Part shown: positions 1 to 11,155 of the stretch, piece by piece
Position numbering within the stretch: position 1 is the stretch's first letter
Layout: every line of letters begins with the position of its first letter
NCBI GenBank assembly: GCA_013265495.1
Contig: MU058221.1
Location: 248,001-312,000, forward strand
Direction: 5' to 3'
Source of the DNA: Vicugna vicugna
Lineage: Eukaryota
DNA: 64,000 bases
The notes under the pieces: generated by a model
The model's input: the letters and a program-made list of their open reading frames with translations, nothing else
Told to the model about the DNA's origin: nothing
Database searches by the model: none
Program-made: the position numbers and the translations under genes

Positions 1-809
1 GAATTACCAAGAATCCGGGCCTTGGGCACTCATAAGATAAAGAGATCAAAAGAGCAGCAACCACCAGCCTCCGCAGAAGTGCTCCCCTGGAGGCTCCATG
101 ACACGAGTCTTATGAGGACGCAGTTCTGCTGATTGTCGTTGATGTGTTATTATTTAAACTATGGCTACTTAATCAGTGGCATAAATCACCCCCTTTTCTA
201 AGAGGGGCTCCAGATTCCGGCCCACCGCTGGGCCAATGAGGCTGAAAGGATCGCTCCCCCCCCTGCCCCCGTGCTGACGGGAGGGAGGACGGAGCCCAGG
301 AGATGCCAGATCCTGTTTTGCTCTGGGGACCCTTCCATCCATCGCCCTTCCACCATCGATGGATCGCAGGTACCTGAACTGACTCTTTGGAAGAAGAAAG
401 ACAGCTCCGTCTCTTCTGAAGCATCACATCTGGTCTGCAGGCCCAGGGTTAGTTCCCGGTGATGACTGAGGTCCCTTGATCTCATGCTGGGAGACCTCTA
501 ATTAGACAGGTGGGGAACTCCCGTCTGAATTTGAGTTTGGAACAGGTACCCATCTGTAATGGAGATCTTGGGCTAAGAGAACTTGGAAGCAAAAGTAGAA
601 TTTGAATTACTTGTAAATCTGGAATTTAAATTTGTTCTTAACCTGTCCTTTGAAGGCTTGTGCGTCCACCTACCAACAAAGGCCTGGTATAATCTAACAC
701 CTGTGTTTATATTTTGTATTTGAAATAAGTTACTATGGGGGGTGCATCATCTATTCCATCCAGTAACCCATTGGGTTAGCTCTAGAATGACTGGTCTAAT
801 TATAGTTAC

Positions 810-1425
810 CTAAGAAAAATACTGGTTTTAGAGGCCGCTCAGAAGGAGGCCCAACGTCTAAATCAAGGGAACTTGCACGTGCCTGCTGCAGACAGCGCGT
901 CCTCGCTGGCGCCAGAGCGGGCTTCCCAAGCAGACGGCTGTGGCAAGCTGCAGGCCCCGGAAAGAACCAACACAAAGCCCACCTCCTTTTCTGGGATGGG
1001 CCCGTTGGGCTTGTCAGAAGTGTGCCTCCCTGAATGCGGTGACCCTGCAAATGCGTGCGTGGTAAACGTGACCTTCACAGGCCAACCTCAGATGGCACAA
1101 AAATGAAAAGCAAACAAGACAGAGAGCAGCAGCCAAAAACCTCCCTAGAGGCTTATTGGAAACTGCCTTTGAGGTTTCTAACGCTAGAGAAGAGAGAAGC
1201 AAAAAGCTAGTTAGCATCACGACGGCAGCTCACCTGGGGGCTTGGTAAACAAAAGTCCAAAGCGCAAAAGGGAGACAGAAAAGGCCAACCGTGCCTGTTA
1301 ATCAGTGTGTCTACTGCAAAAACGGGTTGCCCCAAAACCAAAATCAAAGAAAAGAGAAAGGAGGCACAAACACCTTCCAACATAATGGTCACCCAGGGAA
1401 CCGCAGACAGGAAGCTAATGACTGA
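810..1425 (+). pseudogene. Frameshifted ERV gag remnant (capsid/MHR region and zinc knuckle)
   Basis: VNVTFTGQ resembles the gammaretroviral capsid C-terminal segment. QCVYCK..G..CP at 1303-1333 is a decayed CCHC knuckle (cf. MLV QCAYCKEKGHWAKDCP). GAC TGA stop at 1423-1425. Confidence 0.7.
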
Positions 1426-1475
1426 TGGGACTTCGGGCTCCTGGCCGTGCTAAGATCCCCATGACAGTCGCCACC

Positions 1476-1640
1476 CAAGAGCCACAAGTACACCTGACTG
1501 TGGCGTCTCAGCCAGTGGGCTTTCTCATGGGCTTAGAGTGGCGCACCCCATCCTGAACTGTATATTGGAAACACGGGGAATATCTGTCCCCATAATGGGA
1601 ATGACTCAGCTGCTGTTACAGCCTCTGGAGTGCAAATTTT
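1476..1640 (+). pseudogene. ERV protease remnant, catalytic DTG lost
   Basis: Reads QEPQVHLTVASQPVGFLMG, comparable to MLV [22 protein letters not shown], just after the gag stop. Confidence 0.7.
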
Positions 1641-4183
1641 AAGACAGGGGGAAAGTAACTTAGATGGCTTGTCAAGGACAGATAGAAATCTTAAATGTCT
1701 TCCAGAGAAGTTAGTAAAACTTCAGCTATCTAGACAGGCAACTTCGATTTCTCCCATCTGCCAGAAACCCAGTTTGAATCCAACCTCTTGTAACTGATGA
1801 GTCTTTACGCTTGTGTGTTTGTATGTATATGTGTGTATATGTGTGTTGTAGATATGTGGCATAATTAATTTGTAAAAGAGCTCTGTTTAACTGGCTAAAG
1901 GAAGTTAAGTGCTTACATAAATACTCAGAAATATAAATGTAACTGACCAGAGTAAAAACCGGGTTTGTGTGATTTAAAAAATTTTCAGTACTGAAACATT
2001 ACCTGGTACTTGAAGCCAGCTTAAGCTTCTTGGTTTAATTAATATAGACATGTCTTCAGATCCATTAATGCTAAGCATAAAACTTTTATTATACTTATGC
2101 AATAAGATCTTGTTACAAATTTGTCAGCAAGAAGAAAACTTGGTATAATATTCATGTAAGTAACAAATGCAAATGAGAAAGAGCTTTTGGGTAAACTCTT
2201 TAGGAACAATTATTTCAGGGATGTCTACTCACATGACCTCCCCAGATATTTGGTAACTTGAAATTTTAGAGTTGTGCTAAATTAAATCAAATAATGGAAG
2301 TTTATTAAATAGTTAGGTCATTTTCAGGAAAAAAAATAAGATATTGAAACATTAATTGCTGGACATTGACTTCCTCTTACAGAGAAACTAAAGGTATTTA
2401 TAAATATTAACAAGTGGTGCCACCCTGAAATATTCTCTACTATTAAGGGAAACATCTCAGTGTGCTAGGGACGTAAGATGAGTGTGTAAAAGAGGATATG
2501 AGGAGTGGAATTATATTTTGTTAATGGAAAAAGAGACTTTGTTCTAAACCTGGTTACTTCTGAATGGAAAACAAAATAAGGGACAAAGTAATATGGATAT
2601 AGAAAGTTGTGGAAGGCTCATGGGAGAGGAACACTGAGAAAAGAGTTCTGTACATGGTTGGGATTGGCTAAATTTAAAATAAATTTTGTCGAGTAAATGA
2701 ATCTTATAAGTAAGCTGGTACAAGACTAGATTTGGTTTTCTCGCTGTTAAGAGGACAAAATTTTCTTAAAATGTTAATCTGCCTTTAGTAACAGATTGTA
2801 AATTTTCTTTTACCCCTTAAGTGATCTGTTCTGCATTTACCTTTGAAATATTTTATTGTCATCTTAGGAACAAGCATTATTTCACAGTGACCTATGCTTT
2901 CATCTGACCAAGAGTTTTGAAACTTTTCAACAAGCTTTCTAAATATTAAATATTGATTAAAGTTCTTTTGATCTTCAGCTAACTTTGAGATGATTCAGAG
3001 GGCCCCTGAAACATCCAAAAGAGAGATATTAAACTAGACATATTTGGTATGTTAAATTACTTAAAAAAAAAGAAAAACAACATTGTCAAGTGATTGGGGA
3101 TAAAGCTTAGGTTATAATGTAAAGATACAAGTCACAGATATGTTTATTCTGAAATTTGTATAAAATTCCTAAGAATCTAATATGTCCTGTTGTCAGTCAT
3201 AATTCTAATTATTGTCTTAAAAATATCCAAATTGCTTGTCAATTTCATTATAATCAAATTTTTAATTATGCCATTTTAACTCTTGTCATATACAGAAACT
3301 CATTGTTTTACTATGATTCTTTTATAACATGCAGATCTTCAGGAAGATTCATAAAAAAGGACTTTTAAACGAATATATTCCTGATAACTTTTAGATTATA
3401 TCACTGAGCTGGGTGAATTATGAAACTAATGGAAACCTGATGACTTTATTCAGATAAACAGAAATTAATTACATGAAACTGAAGGAACTGATAAATATGA
3501 TTGATAACGTTATGTTTTTTGGGATTTTTGAGAAACATACTGGCCTTTATTCTGTATTTTCCAAAAACACTTTACTATTCTTCTATGACCTACAAGTTGA
3601 TAAAGTATGCCTTTGTGAAAAAGAATTAAACATCTATCTTTTTCTCTCTACCTGATCTTTCCAGAATTTAACTTCTCCAGCTGACTCCCCTGTGCACTTG
3701 ATAGTTATTACAACCAGATTACAACTAGCTGTACTAGTCATTGTTTTAATTTGTTCTTTGTTCCTAATTGTTATGTTTTTATGACTTTATTAATGTTACT
3801 AACTGTATTACTTAATCTATTTTATAAGATTGTTGTTTCTTACGTTTCCCAATGTGTTAACTAGGCCTCTGAAAAGATGATTTAACATCTTGAAAAAAAA
3901 ACCCATTATAACCCTGCATATAAAAATTGTAATAGTGTGATTCTAGGCGTAGGAATGAGCAATGAGGGAAAAACGTTTCCTGGATCATAATAGACTAGTA
4001 AGACAGGTGATCCAGAGAATCTGTGAGTATCAACAGGGCGTGGTGCAAAAACTAGCACTTTGAGTGACATGTCAACAGAACCTTCACCTGGTCTAGGAAT
4101 GAGCCTTCCTAGCACCATGGGACAAAACTGGTCACGAAATGTCTCCCAAAACATTGGTCAAATTTAGGACCAAGGGGGAGAGC

Positions 4184-4667
4184 TGTGAATGAAAAACTGC
4201 AAACCATTTCAGTAAACAGAATGCTGAAGCCCTCAAGTCATCAGCCACTGCTGCCACCCCCCACAGTGAGAACCAGCCTGCAGCCCGGCCTCTGCAACCA
4301 CTCACAATGGTGCCCTCTGAGGGGACTCAGAACAAGAAAGGACAGGACACTGGCCCTACATAGCTAGCTGCTTGTCAAATGAATAATTTCAACGAGCCCA
4401 AATGTTTGCTCCTTCCCAAATATAGAAGAGCACTAAATTCTTTAACTTGAGATGCCGGATTTTCTGTAACAGTGATCTTTAATGTTCTGACTGCCCGGTC
4501 TTTGCTGTGAAGCTCCTATACATCCTGGCTCCTCCCCGCCCTCTTTGGAGTAGCCACTCAGAGCCATCTGGGAGGCTGTCATCACGGGCTAGAAGGGATT
4601 CAAGTCCTCAGAAATGTCCACCAAATAAAACATAACTTTTAGGTTGTCTATTTTATTTCAATTGACA
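4184..4667 (+). mobile_element. 3' LTR of the ERV1-like provirus
   Basis: Starts TGTGAATGAAA right after the PPT and ends TTTCAATTGACA (imperfect terminal inverted repeat). TATA-like CCTATACA near 4515 and AATAAA near 4624. Confidence 0.85.
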
Positions 4668-5719
4668 GAATACTTAAATATTAAGTAAATCACAGTGTGG
4701 CCAAAAGAACACATCAAATGTGTGTCTGGGACAGACACCTGGCTTAGATCAGAGCAAATAAAAAGACATCCTTTTCACTCTGCAATTCCTTCCCTACAGA
4801 GTTTATAAAAGGAACACTAATCATTGCAAATAAACTCTAATTTGGCAGCTTCCAAGAAAGATCAACATTTCCCTGGGCAAGTTATTAAGAGATTTATGGG
4901 TCAGAGGACCTTAACATGCTTTACTTGGAGGAATGGGAGCAAGGAAGATGAATGAATGAAAACCAAAGACGTGGACATGTAATCTGTATTTGGAAAATAC
5001 TGCTTGATCTCTGAGATCATGTTCTTTCTCTACACTAATTCTTACCCCTCCCAACCCCCTGAAACTGCTTCAGGCTGTCTGCAGTGTTTCTCTACATCAT
5101 CTGATGAACAAAGGTTGTTTGAAGAATTGTATTCTGCTAAGATGCTATTTCATATCATTTGAGTTGATGAATAAAACCAGAATTCATTATCTTCAAGGCA
5201 TCAAGATGCAGCCCAGATTACTCAGTTTTGCATCACTTTGAGAGGAAATTTGCAGCATAATCTCCCTTTCAAATGTTTTCTTTAGAGAATGATAAGCGAT
5301 GCTCATGGTTTCATGTGTGTAAATCAGTCAAGAGTAAGCAAACTGCAATGTCTGAACCAATAGATTTGTCAAAAGTGAGAAGAAAGTTATTGAGAAGATA
5401 TGCATTGCACTTACCTCTTCTTTCATTACATTCCAGTCTTAAACCAATTCTGACCTTGTAGGCAGATGGCAATGGGTAATTAAAATGCTAGCAGAATTAT
5501 GGAAGGTGAAAGTAACTTATATGTCTCTGTAATGACAGACATAAAAAATATGCACACAGTTTGCAATGAAATGATGCACGCAAGATGAGGACAAAATCAA
5601 ATATGTTGCTGAGTAAAATAGCATCTATCAAGGTGCTCTCTTTCCCTTTCTGTTAAACTTGAGAAAGGCACTGATTTATGCCCAAGAACAATGAGGAGCA
5701 AAATTTTTCAAAGTAAAAT

Positions 5720-6240
5720 TTTTACCGAGTCCAAACTTGTTCTGCTTGCTGCATGACAGGCCAGTAAATTGTGAGACAAGGTGCTGGGGCAAGAAATAGC
5801 AATTTTATTTGAAAAGCCAGCAGACTGAGAAGATGGCAGACTAATGTCTTGGAGAACCATCTTACCCAAGTCAGAATTAAGGCTCCTTTAATACTAAAAA
5901 GGGGAGAGAGTGTGGCTGGCTGTTGCAAAATTTTTGCTGTAGGAATTCTTTGTTCTTGCAGCCGTCCATGTGGGTCTGGTCATGGTGCCCCTGCAAAACT
6001 TCTAACAAAACAAATGTTATTGTCAATTTTGCAACTTGCTATCTTTATATAGTGCAAAAGTTTTAATATCTTTAAAGGTCAGGGCCTTGAGAACAGGCTC
6101 TCCTGTATATTTCAGGCTAACGGCAACATCCTTTTACAGAAGGTGCAAAACCAGCAAGACGAAGCCTAGAAAACAGGGCACAGGATTAAAACCAAAGGAA
6201 CAGATCTAATATGGAGTCAGATTTGTTCTTTTCTGTTACA
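5720..6240 (-). mobile_element. Solo ERV1 LTR (family A)
   Basis: Reverse-complement homologue of 27170-27690. 4-bp TSD AAAT at 5716-5719 and 6241-6244. Termini T(T)TTACC...GTTACA. Confidence 0.9.
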
Positions 6241-6479
6241 AAATGGATACATACATTTTTGGACATTACACAAGCATCTTGGAAATGTAACTGCTGACGA
6301 CTTATTTTTGTTACTGGGGATAAAAAAGTGACATCCATCAAAATTGAAGGGAAATAATTAAAAAACTTTTAGTGCAAACACATGAATGCCACTTGGTAAA
6401 TCACATTGTTAATTCCCACAAACTAAATTAAATATTAAAAGCAGAGAAATGAGGTGCAAACTTTGCTTTCTACCTAAGA

Positions 6480-7180
6480 TTTTTCCCCCTAGGTATAAAG
6501 TAACATGTTTTAATAAAAATTTGAAGACCAGATAAGCTAAAATAAAATTAAAATCTTTTGTAATCTCATCATTCAGAATAACCATGGTTAATTTTTGAAT
6601 TATTTAATTCCAAATGGGAATGCAATATTATATGCTGCTTTATAATGAAATGTTTTTCTATTTTTTCAAATAATTTTAATATAATCATTTAAAATCACAT
6701 ATTTTATTCCACTGTGTAGAGGCATCAGTGTTAAGTAAATATTTGCACTTGTATTTTAGGTGGCTTTTGATTTTTGTTATAATCAAATTATTTAAATATT
6801 TTGATTTTATAACAAACTCCTAGAAATGGTACTGAAGTATTTCTTTAGGGTAGTATATGAAATAAAATTTGGGTTTCTGTGTTAAAACATTTGTATGCTA
6901 TAATGACTTTTGACATATTATGGTAAATTATCCCCTAAAATATGCTAATTTAAACTCTCGTCTCCAGTGCTAGAGAATGCTGAGTCCTGCCTGTCCTCAT
7001 CAGCTTCAACTATTAGTTTTCTTGATTTCATCATTTGAAATGTGAGATATATTTTTATTTTTAATTTAGATTTCTCCAGTTAATACTGAGGTTGAGTATT
7101 TTTCTGCCAATTATATACTGTTTACTAATTATTTCTTCTCCATTCATAACTTTTATCTATTTTCTAGTGAAATCTAATTT
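6480..7180 (-). mobile_element. Ancient L1 (L1ME-like) 3' fragment
   Basis: Degenerate motifs such as aactcctagaaatgg and ttaatttagatttctc typical of antisense old L1 3' ends. Confidence 0.5.
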
Positions 7181-7183
7181 CTA

Positions 7184-8060
7184 TTTTTAATTGTGGAAAA
7201 AAATACTTAACATGAGATCTACCCAAATGACAAAATTTTAAGTGTACGATATGGTTTTATTAATTATATTCGTAATGTTGTACAGCACATCTCTAGAAAT
7301 ACTTTAACCTTTTGTGGGACTGAAACTCTGCATGCATCACACAGTGACTCCCAGTTTCCTCCTTCAGCCACTGGCAGCCGCCATTCAGCTTTCTGCTCCC
7401 AGCAGTCTCACTGCTCTAGACACTGCACACACATGATATCATGCAGCACTTGTCTTTCTGTGACTGGCTTGTCTCACTTAGCGTAATGTCCCCAAGTTTC
7501 ATCCACGTTGTTGCATATGACAGGATTTCCTTCCTTTTTAAGGCTTAGCAATATCTTTTTCATGTATATGTCACATTCTATCTATTCATTCATGGGTGGC
7601 TATTTAAGTTGTTTCCACCTCTTGGAATTGTGAATAATGCTGTAATGAACATAAGGGTGCACATATCTCTTTGAGACTCTATGTTTAATTTTTTTGTAAA
7701 TATACAGAGGTAGGTTAATGGATCACACAGCAGTTCTATTTTTAATTTTTTGAGGAACCGCCATGCTATTCTGCATAGTGATTGCGTTACTTTGCATTCA
7801 CATTACTAGTGCACAGGGGCTCCAACTTCTCCACATCCTTGCCGACATTTTTTTTTTTCTTTAATGCTCATCCTAACATTAGGATGATCCATAACACCTA
7901 ACACACCTAACAGGTGTGAGGTGATATCTCATTGTGGTTTTCATTCCAGTGATGATTAATGATGTTGGACATCTTTTCACGTACCTGTTTGCCATTTATA
8001 TTTTTCTTTTTGGAGAAATGTCTGCGCAAGTCCTTTGCCCACTTTTAGCTAGAGTTTTTA
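7184..8060 (-). mobile_element. L1 3' UTR and ORF2 end (L1MA/MB-like)
   Basis: Canonical antisense L1 text: ttcatccacgttgttgcatatgacaggatttcc, gaggaaccgccat, ggagaaatgtct. Confidence 0.85.
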
Positions 8061-8090
8061 AAACTGTAGAGTTACAGAAGTGCCGCTAGC

Positions 8091-8112
8091 TTTGTTGTTG
8101 TTGTTGTTGTTG
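8091..8112. repeat. (TTG)n microsatellite
   Basis: About 7 direct TTG copies. Confidence 0.9.
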
Positions 8113-8694
8113 GTTTGTTTTTTGCTGGCCCTGTTGGGGCTGGTTTCATGCACATCTGGGATGTAGAAGATTCTTAACTGGTTTCTGGATTGTCCTGTGT
8201 ACTGTTGTTGAATTATTGGTGTCTCAGCGGGGGGACGAGGGATGGGGTTCCTGTTCTGACATCTTATTGATGTCACTCTCCAATTTAAATTTCTTTTATG
8301 TATTAAGTTTTTAAAACTTTGTATGTGTTGCCATCTTCCTCCATCCACATTTTAATTTTGTTTGTACACAAATACATATCACTTATATAATTTTCATGTA
8401 GAGATGTACTGATCTTTTCATTTGTGATTTTGCTAATGTCATGCCTATACGGAGTGACTTCTGCCATTCCAAGGGGAAGTATTTACCTATATTTTTAAAT
8501 TGTTGATAGTTTAATTTTAACTTAAACTTTTAATTGATCTGAATTTTATTCAAACACAAGGAGGATGATAGACATAGAACTTTGCTTTTCCAAAATACAA
8601 TTGAATAATAAATCTATTCATTTTGGGTAGATTTAATAAACCCAATATACCACACTCTAAATAGTGATACTTACTTGGCGTGTGTTCAGTCTTC

Positions 8695-9316
8695 TTAAAT
8701 CTGCTGAGACAATGTTCCATGTACTTGAAAGAATGTGTATTCTGCTCCTGTTGGATGGAATGTTCTATATATGTCTGCTATGTTGATCTGGTTTAACATG
8801 TGCATTATGTCCAATGTTTCCTCATTGATTTTTCTGTCTGCATGATCTGTCCATTGTTAGGGGTGGGACATTGAACTGCCCTGCCAGTATTTTATTGCTG
8901 TCTATGTCTCCCTGCAGGATCTGTTCATATTTGCTTCACACATTTGAGTGCTCCCATGTTGGGTGCATAAATAATTACAAATGTTAATTTTTCTTGATTG
9001 ATTGACCCTTGTATCCTTATATAATGGCCCTCTTTGTCTCTTGGTACAGTCTTTGGCTTAAAGTCTGTATAGCTACCACTGCTGTCTTTGACTTCCATTT
9101 ACGTAAAAATATGTCTTTAGTCTGTGTATCCTCAATGTTGAAGAGAGTCCTATAGACAGCATAGAGTTGCATGTTTTTTTAATCCATCCATCCATTCACT
9201 CCTTGTCTTTTATTTGGAGAATTTAACCAGTTTACATTTAAAGTAATTATTAATAGGTATGGACTTACCATTGCATTTTGTTAATTCATTTCTGGCTGTT
9301 TGGCAATTCTATTTTG
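8695..9316 (-). mobile_element. L1 ORF2 endonuclease-region fragment
   Basis: Homologous to 19960-20285 in this window (atgttccatgtacttgaaagaatgtgtattct; gtgctcccatgttgggtgcata). Confidence 0.85.
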
Positions 9317-9660
9317 TGTTGGTCTCAACCTATTGATAGCAGTGTCACCAGCTACAAATGCCTCAAGCACTCGTCTAGGCCTGCACTACTTCGGCAAGCC
9401 CCCATAGACACGTCCCCAACGGGAGCCGACACTGTGGTTGGATCAGTTCTTGTGGTTCTTGTGATTGCAAGATGCAACTCAGAAACGACTTTCAGGGAAC
9501 TTTGAAGAATCAAAGTTTATTGCTCACAGGTCCTGGAAGACACACGTCATGCCTCAGGCCATGCAGCAAGGCCGTGAAGAGAGAGAACAGACCGGGGGTT
9601 CTGCCTTTAGTGGGATTGAGAGTGGGGTGTCTAGGGTCTTGTGAGTTTATTCTTATTGAT
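9317..9660 (-). mobile_element. Partial LTR (probably ERVL/ERV1 class)
   Basis: Abrupt GC rise after the L1. Antisense polyA signal TTTATT at 9516-9521 followed by an antisense TATA-like ctgccttta. Confidence 0.5.
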
Positions 9661-9827
9661 GAAGTTACAATTATAGTCTCATGTATGTATATTTATATAT
9701 ATATTATATATACTCTCAATTTTCATGTTTTCCAATAAATAAATATCATAAAATAAAAATAATTATCCATAGTCTCCTTAACAATTATCAACATTTTATA
9801 CAAATCCTACCACATTTTAGTCTATGT

Positions 9828-9853
9828 GTATATATATGTGTGTGTGTGTGTGT
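9828..9853. repeat. (TA)n(TG)n microsatellite
   Basis: Direct observation. Confidence 0.9.
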
Positions 9854-9934
9854 ATAATGCATATTTTATACATATATGTGTACATATATACATTTAAAAA
9901 ATAAAATTGAATTATTATATTATTACTTTTGGAG

Positions 9935-10410
9935 GTAGTCTGTTATGTCAATTTAAAGTTTCCTTCAATTGATATTAACAAAGACATAATAATAGTTGCT
10001 TAAACAAATCTGGATATTTTTTTCCTTTTTCTCATGAAGAATTCCAGAAGTTAACAGTTCATGTTTCCACAGACCCTCAGGAATCCAGGCTTCTCTGTCT
10101 TTTTGCCCCATTATGTTTTCACATGTGCCCTCCATTTTCTAGGTCACACAAGAACTGCTGAAGCTCAGCCATAACTCGGTCTGTTTCACAGGCTAGAATT
10201 AGAGGAAAAGCAAGGAGACAAAAGGAGCTTCAGATGGGAGCTATTTCAGTATTCTTTAGAAAGTTCTGGAAGTTTATCAAACAACATTTACTTACATATC
10301 AGTGTTCAGCCCTTTTAGTTTTTAGCTGTACTTCTCATTACCCTAAATAAAATCAAGACTTTATTACAAGGGAGCAAGGGATCCTAATGGTTGCTGCCAA
10401 TTAGCAGTCC
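9935..10410 (-). mobile_element. MLT1-type MaLR LTR relic
   Basis: aatagttgcttaaacaa...caggaatccaggctt...gctgaagctcagcca pattern typical of old MLT1. Confidence 0.55.
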
Positions 10411-10675
10411 ATAGTATTGTCTTTTACTGATAAATGTTTTTCTACAACCACACTTGTTTTCTGTCTAATATTTAAAACTATCATTCAACCGAGTCCCTCG
10501 TGTGGGGCGCTAGCTGATTGAAGTCCCTCACTCCTGTGAAGCGGGCGGTGAGGAACGTCGCACAGCTGTGTTTCTGACGTCTGGGCTCACATCCTTAGGG
10601 TGAACTCCTGAAAGTGATGTTGCTAGGTGAGCGGCATGTGTCGTTTTGAGACTTTTTGATGGGACTTGCCAAAAA
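10410..10675 (-). mobile_element. Ancient L1 3' fragment, GC-shifted
   Basis: tccttagggtgaactcctgaaagtgatgttgctagg...ttgccaaa matches antisense L1ME-like tccttaggataaattcctagaagtggaattgctggg. Confidence 0.55.
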
Positions 10676-11124
10676 CCAGGCTTCTAGTCTTAGTGTTTAT
10701 CATTTCTTGACTTGTAATTTTGGATAAAAATCCATGACTTAGGATAGTGTTTCTCAAATTCTGTCTACTTCACCCATTTTCTCCTGAATTAAAAAAAAAT
10801 TCTTGTCAATGTTAATGGGAAGATCAGCAGAATTTGTGATGAAACCCCACTGAGGTCGTGTCTAGTTTTGATTAAACATTATGAGTGAATTATTAAATCC
10901 TGCAAAGAAAAGATATTTGCATTGCCATGTGCATTAGCTTGCCATAAAAACAAGGCTGCAGATAAGCTGGGGAATTGTCAGTGATCCTCAGAACACACTC
11001 AATCACCTCTGTAGGAAAGAAAGTGGTATTTCTATACCCATAAAATAAATTCCTTGTAAATGTTAGAAATTCATTCTGTGATATACTGGGATTTACTTGA
11101 AAAGCATAAACATAAACATTTAGC

Positions 11125-11128
<4 letters not shown>

Positions 11129-11155
<27 letters not shown>
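11129..11155. repeat. (AC)n microsatellite
   Basis: About 13 perfect AC units. Confidence 0.95.

Larger units (their letters stand above)
1..4667 (+). mobile_element. 3' portion of a degenerate, non-autonomous ERV1 (gammaretrovirus-like) provirus; 5' LTR lies outside the window
   Basis: In order: gag CA/NC remnants, gag stop, protease remnant, about 2.5 kb of AT-rich non-coding internal sequence, polypurine tract AAGGGGGAGAG (4172-4182) and a TG...CA LTR. Confidence 0.8.

Noticed and set aside
3719..3784. Hydrophobic stretch LQLAVLVIVLICSLFLIVMFL as an env transmembrane remnant
   Set aside because: The position is plausible, but T-rich DNA gives such peptides by chance and I saw no ISD or CX6CC motif upstream.
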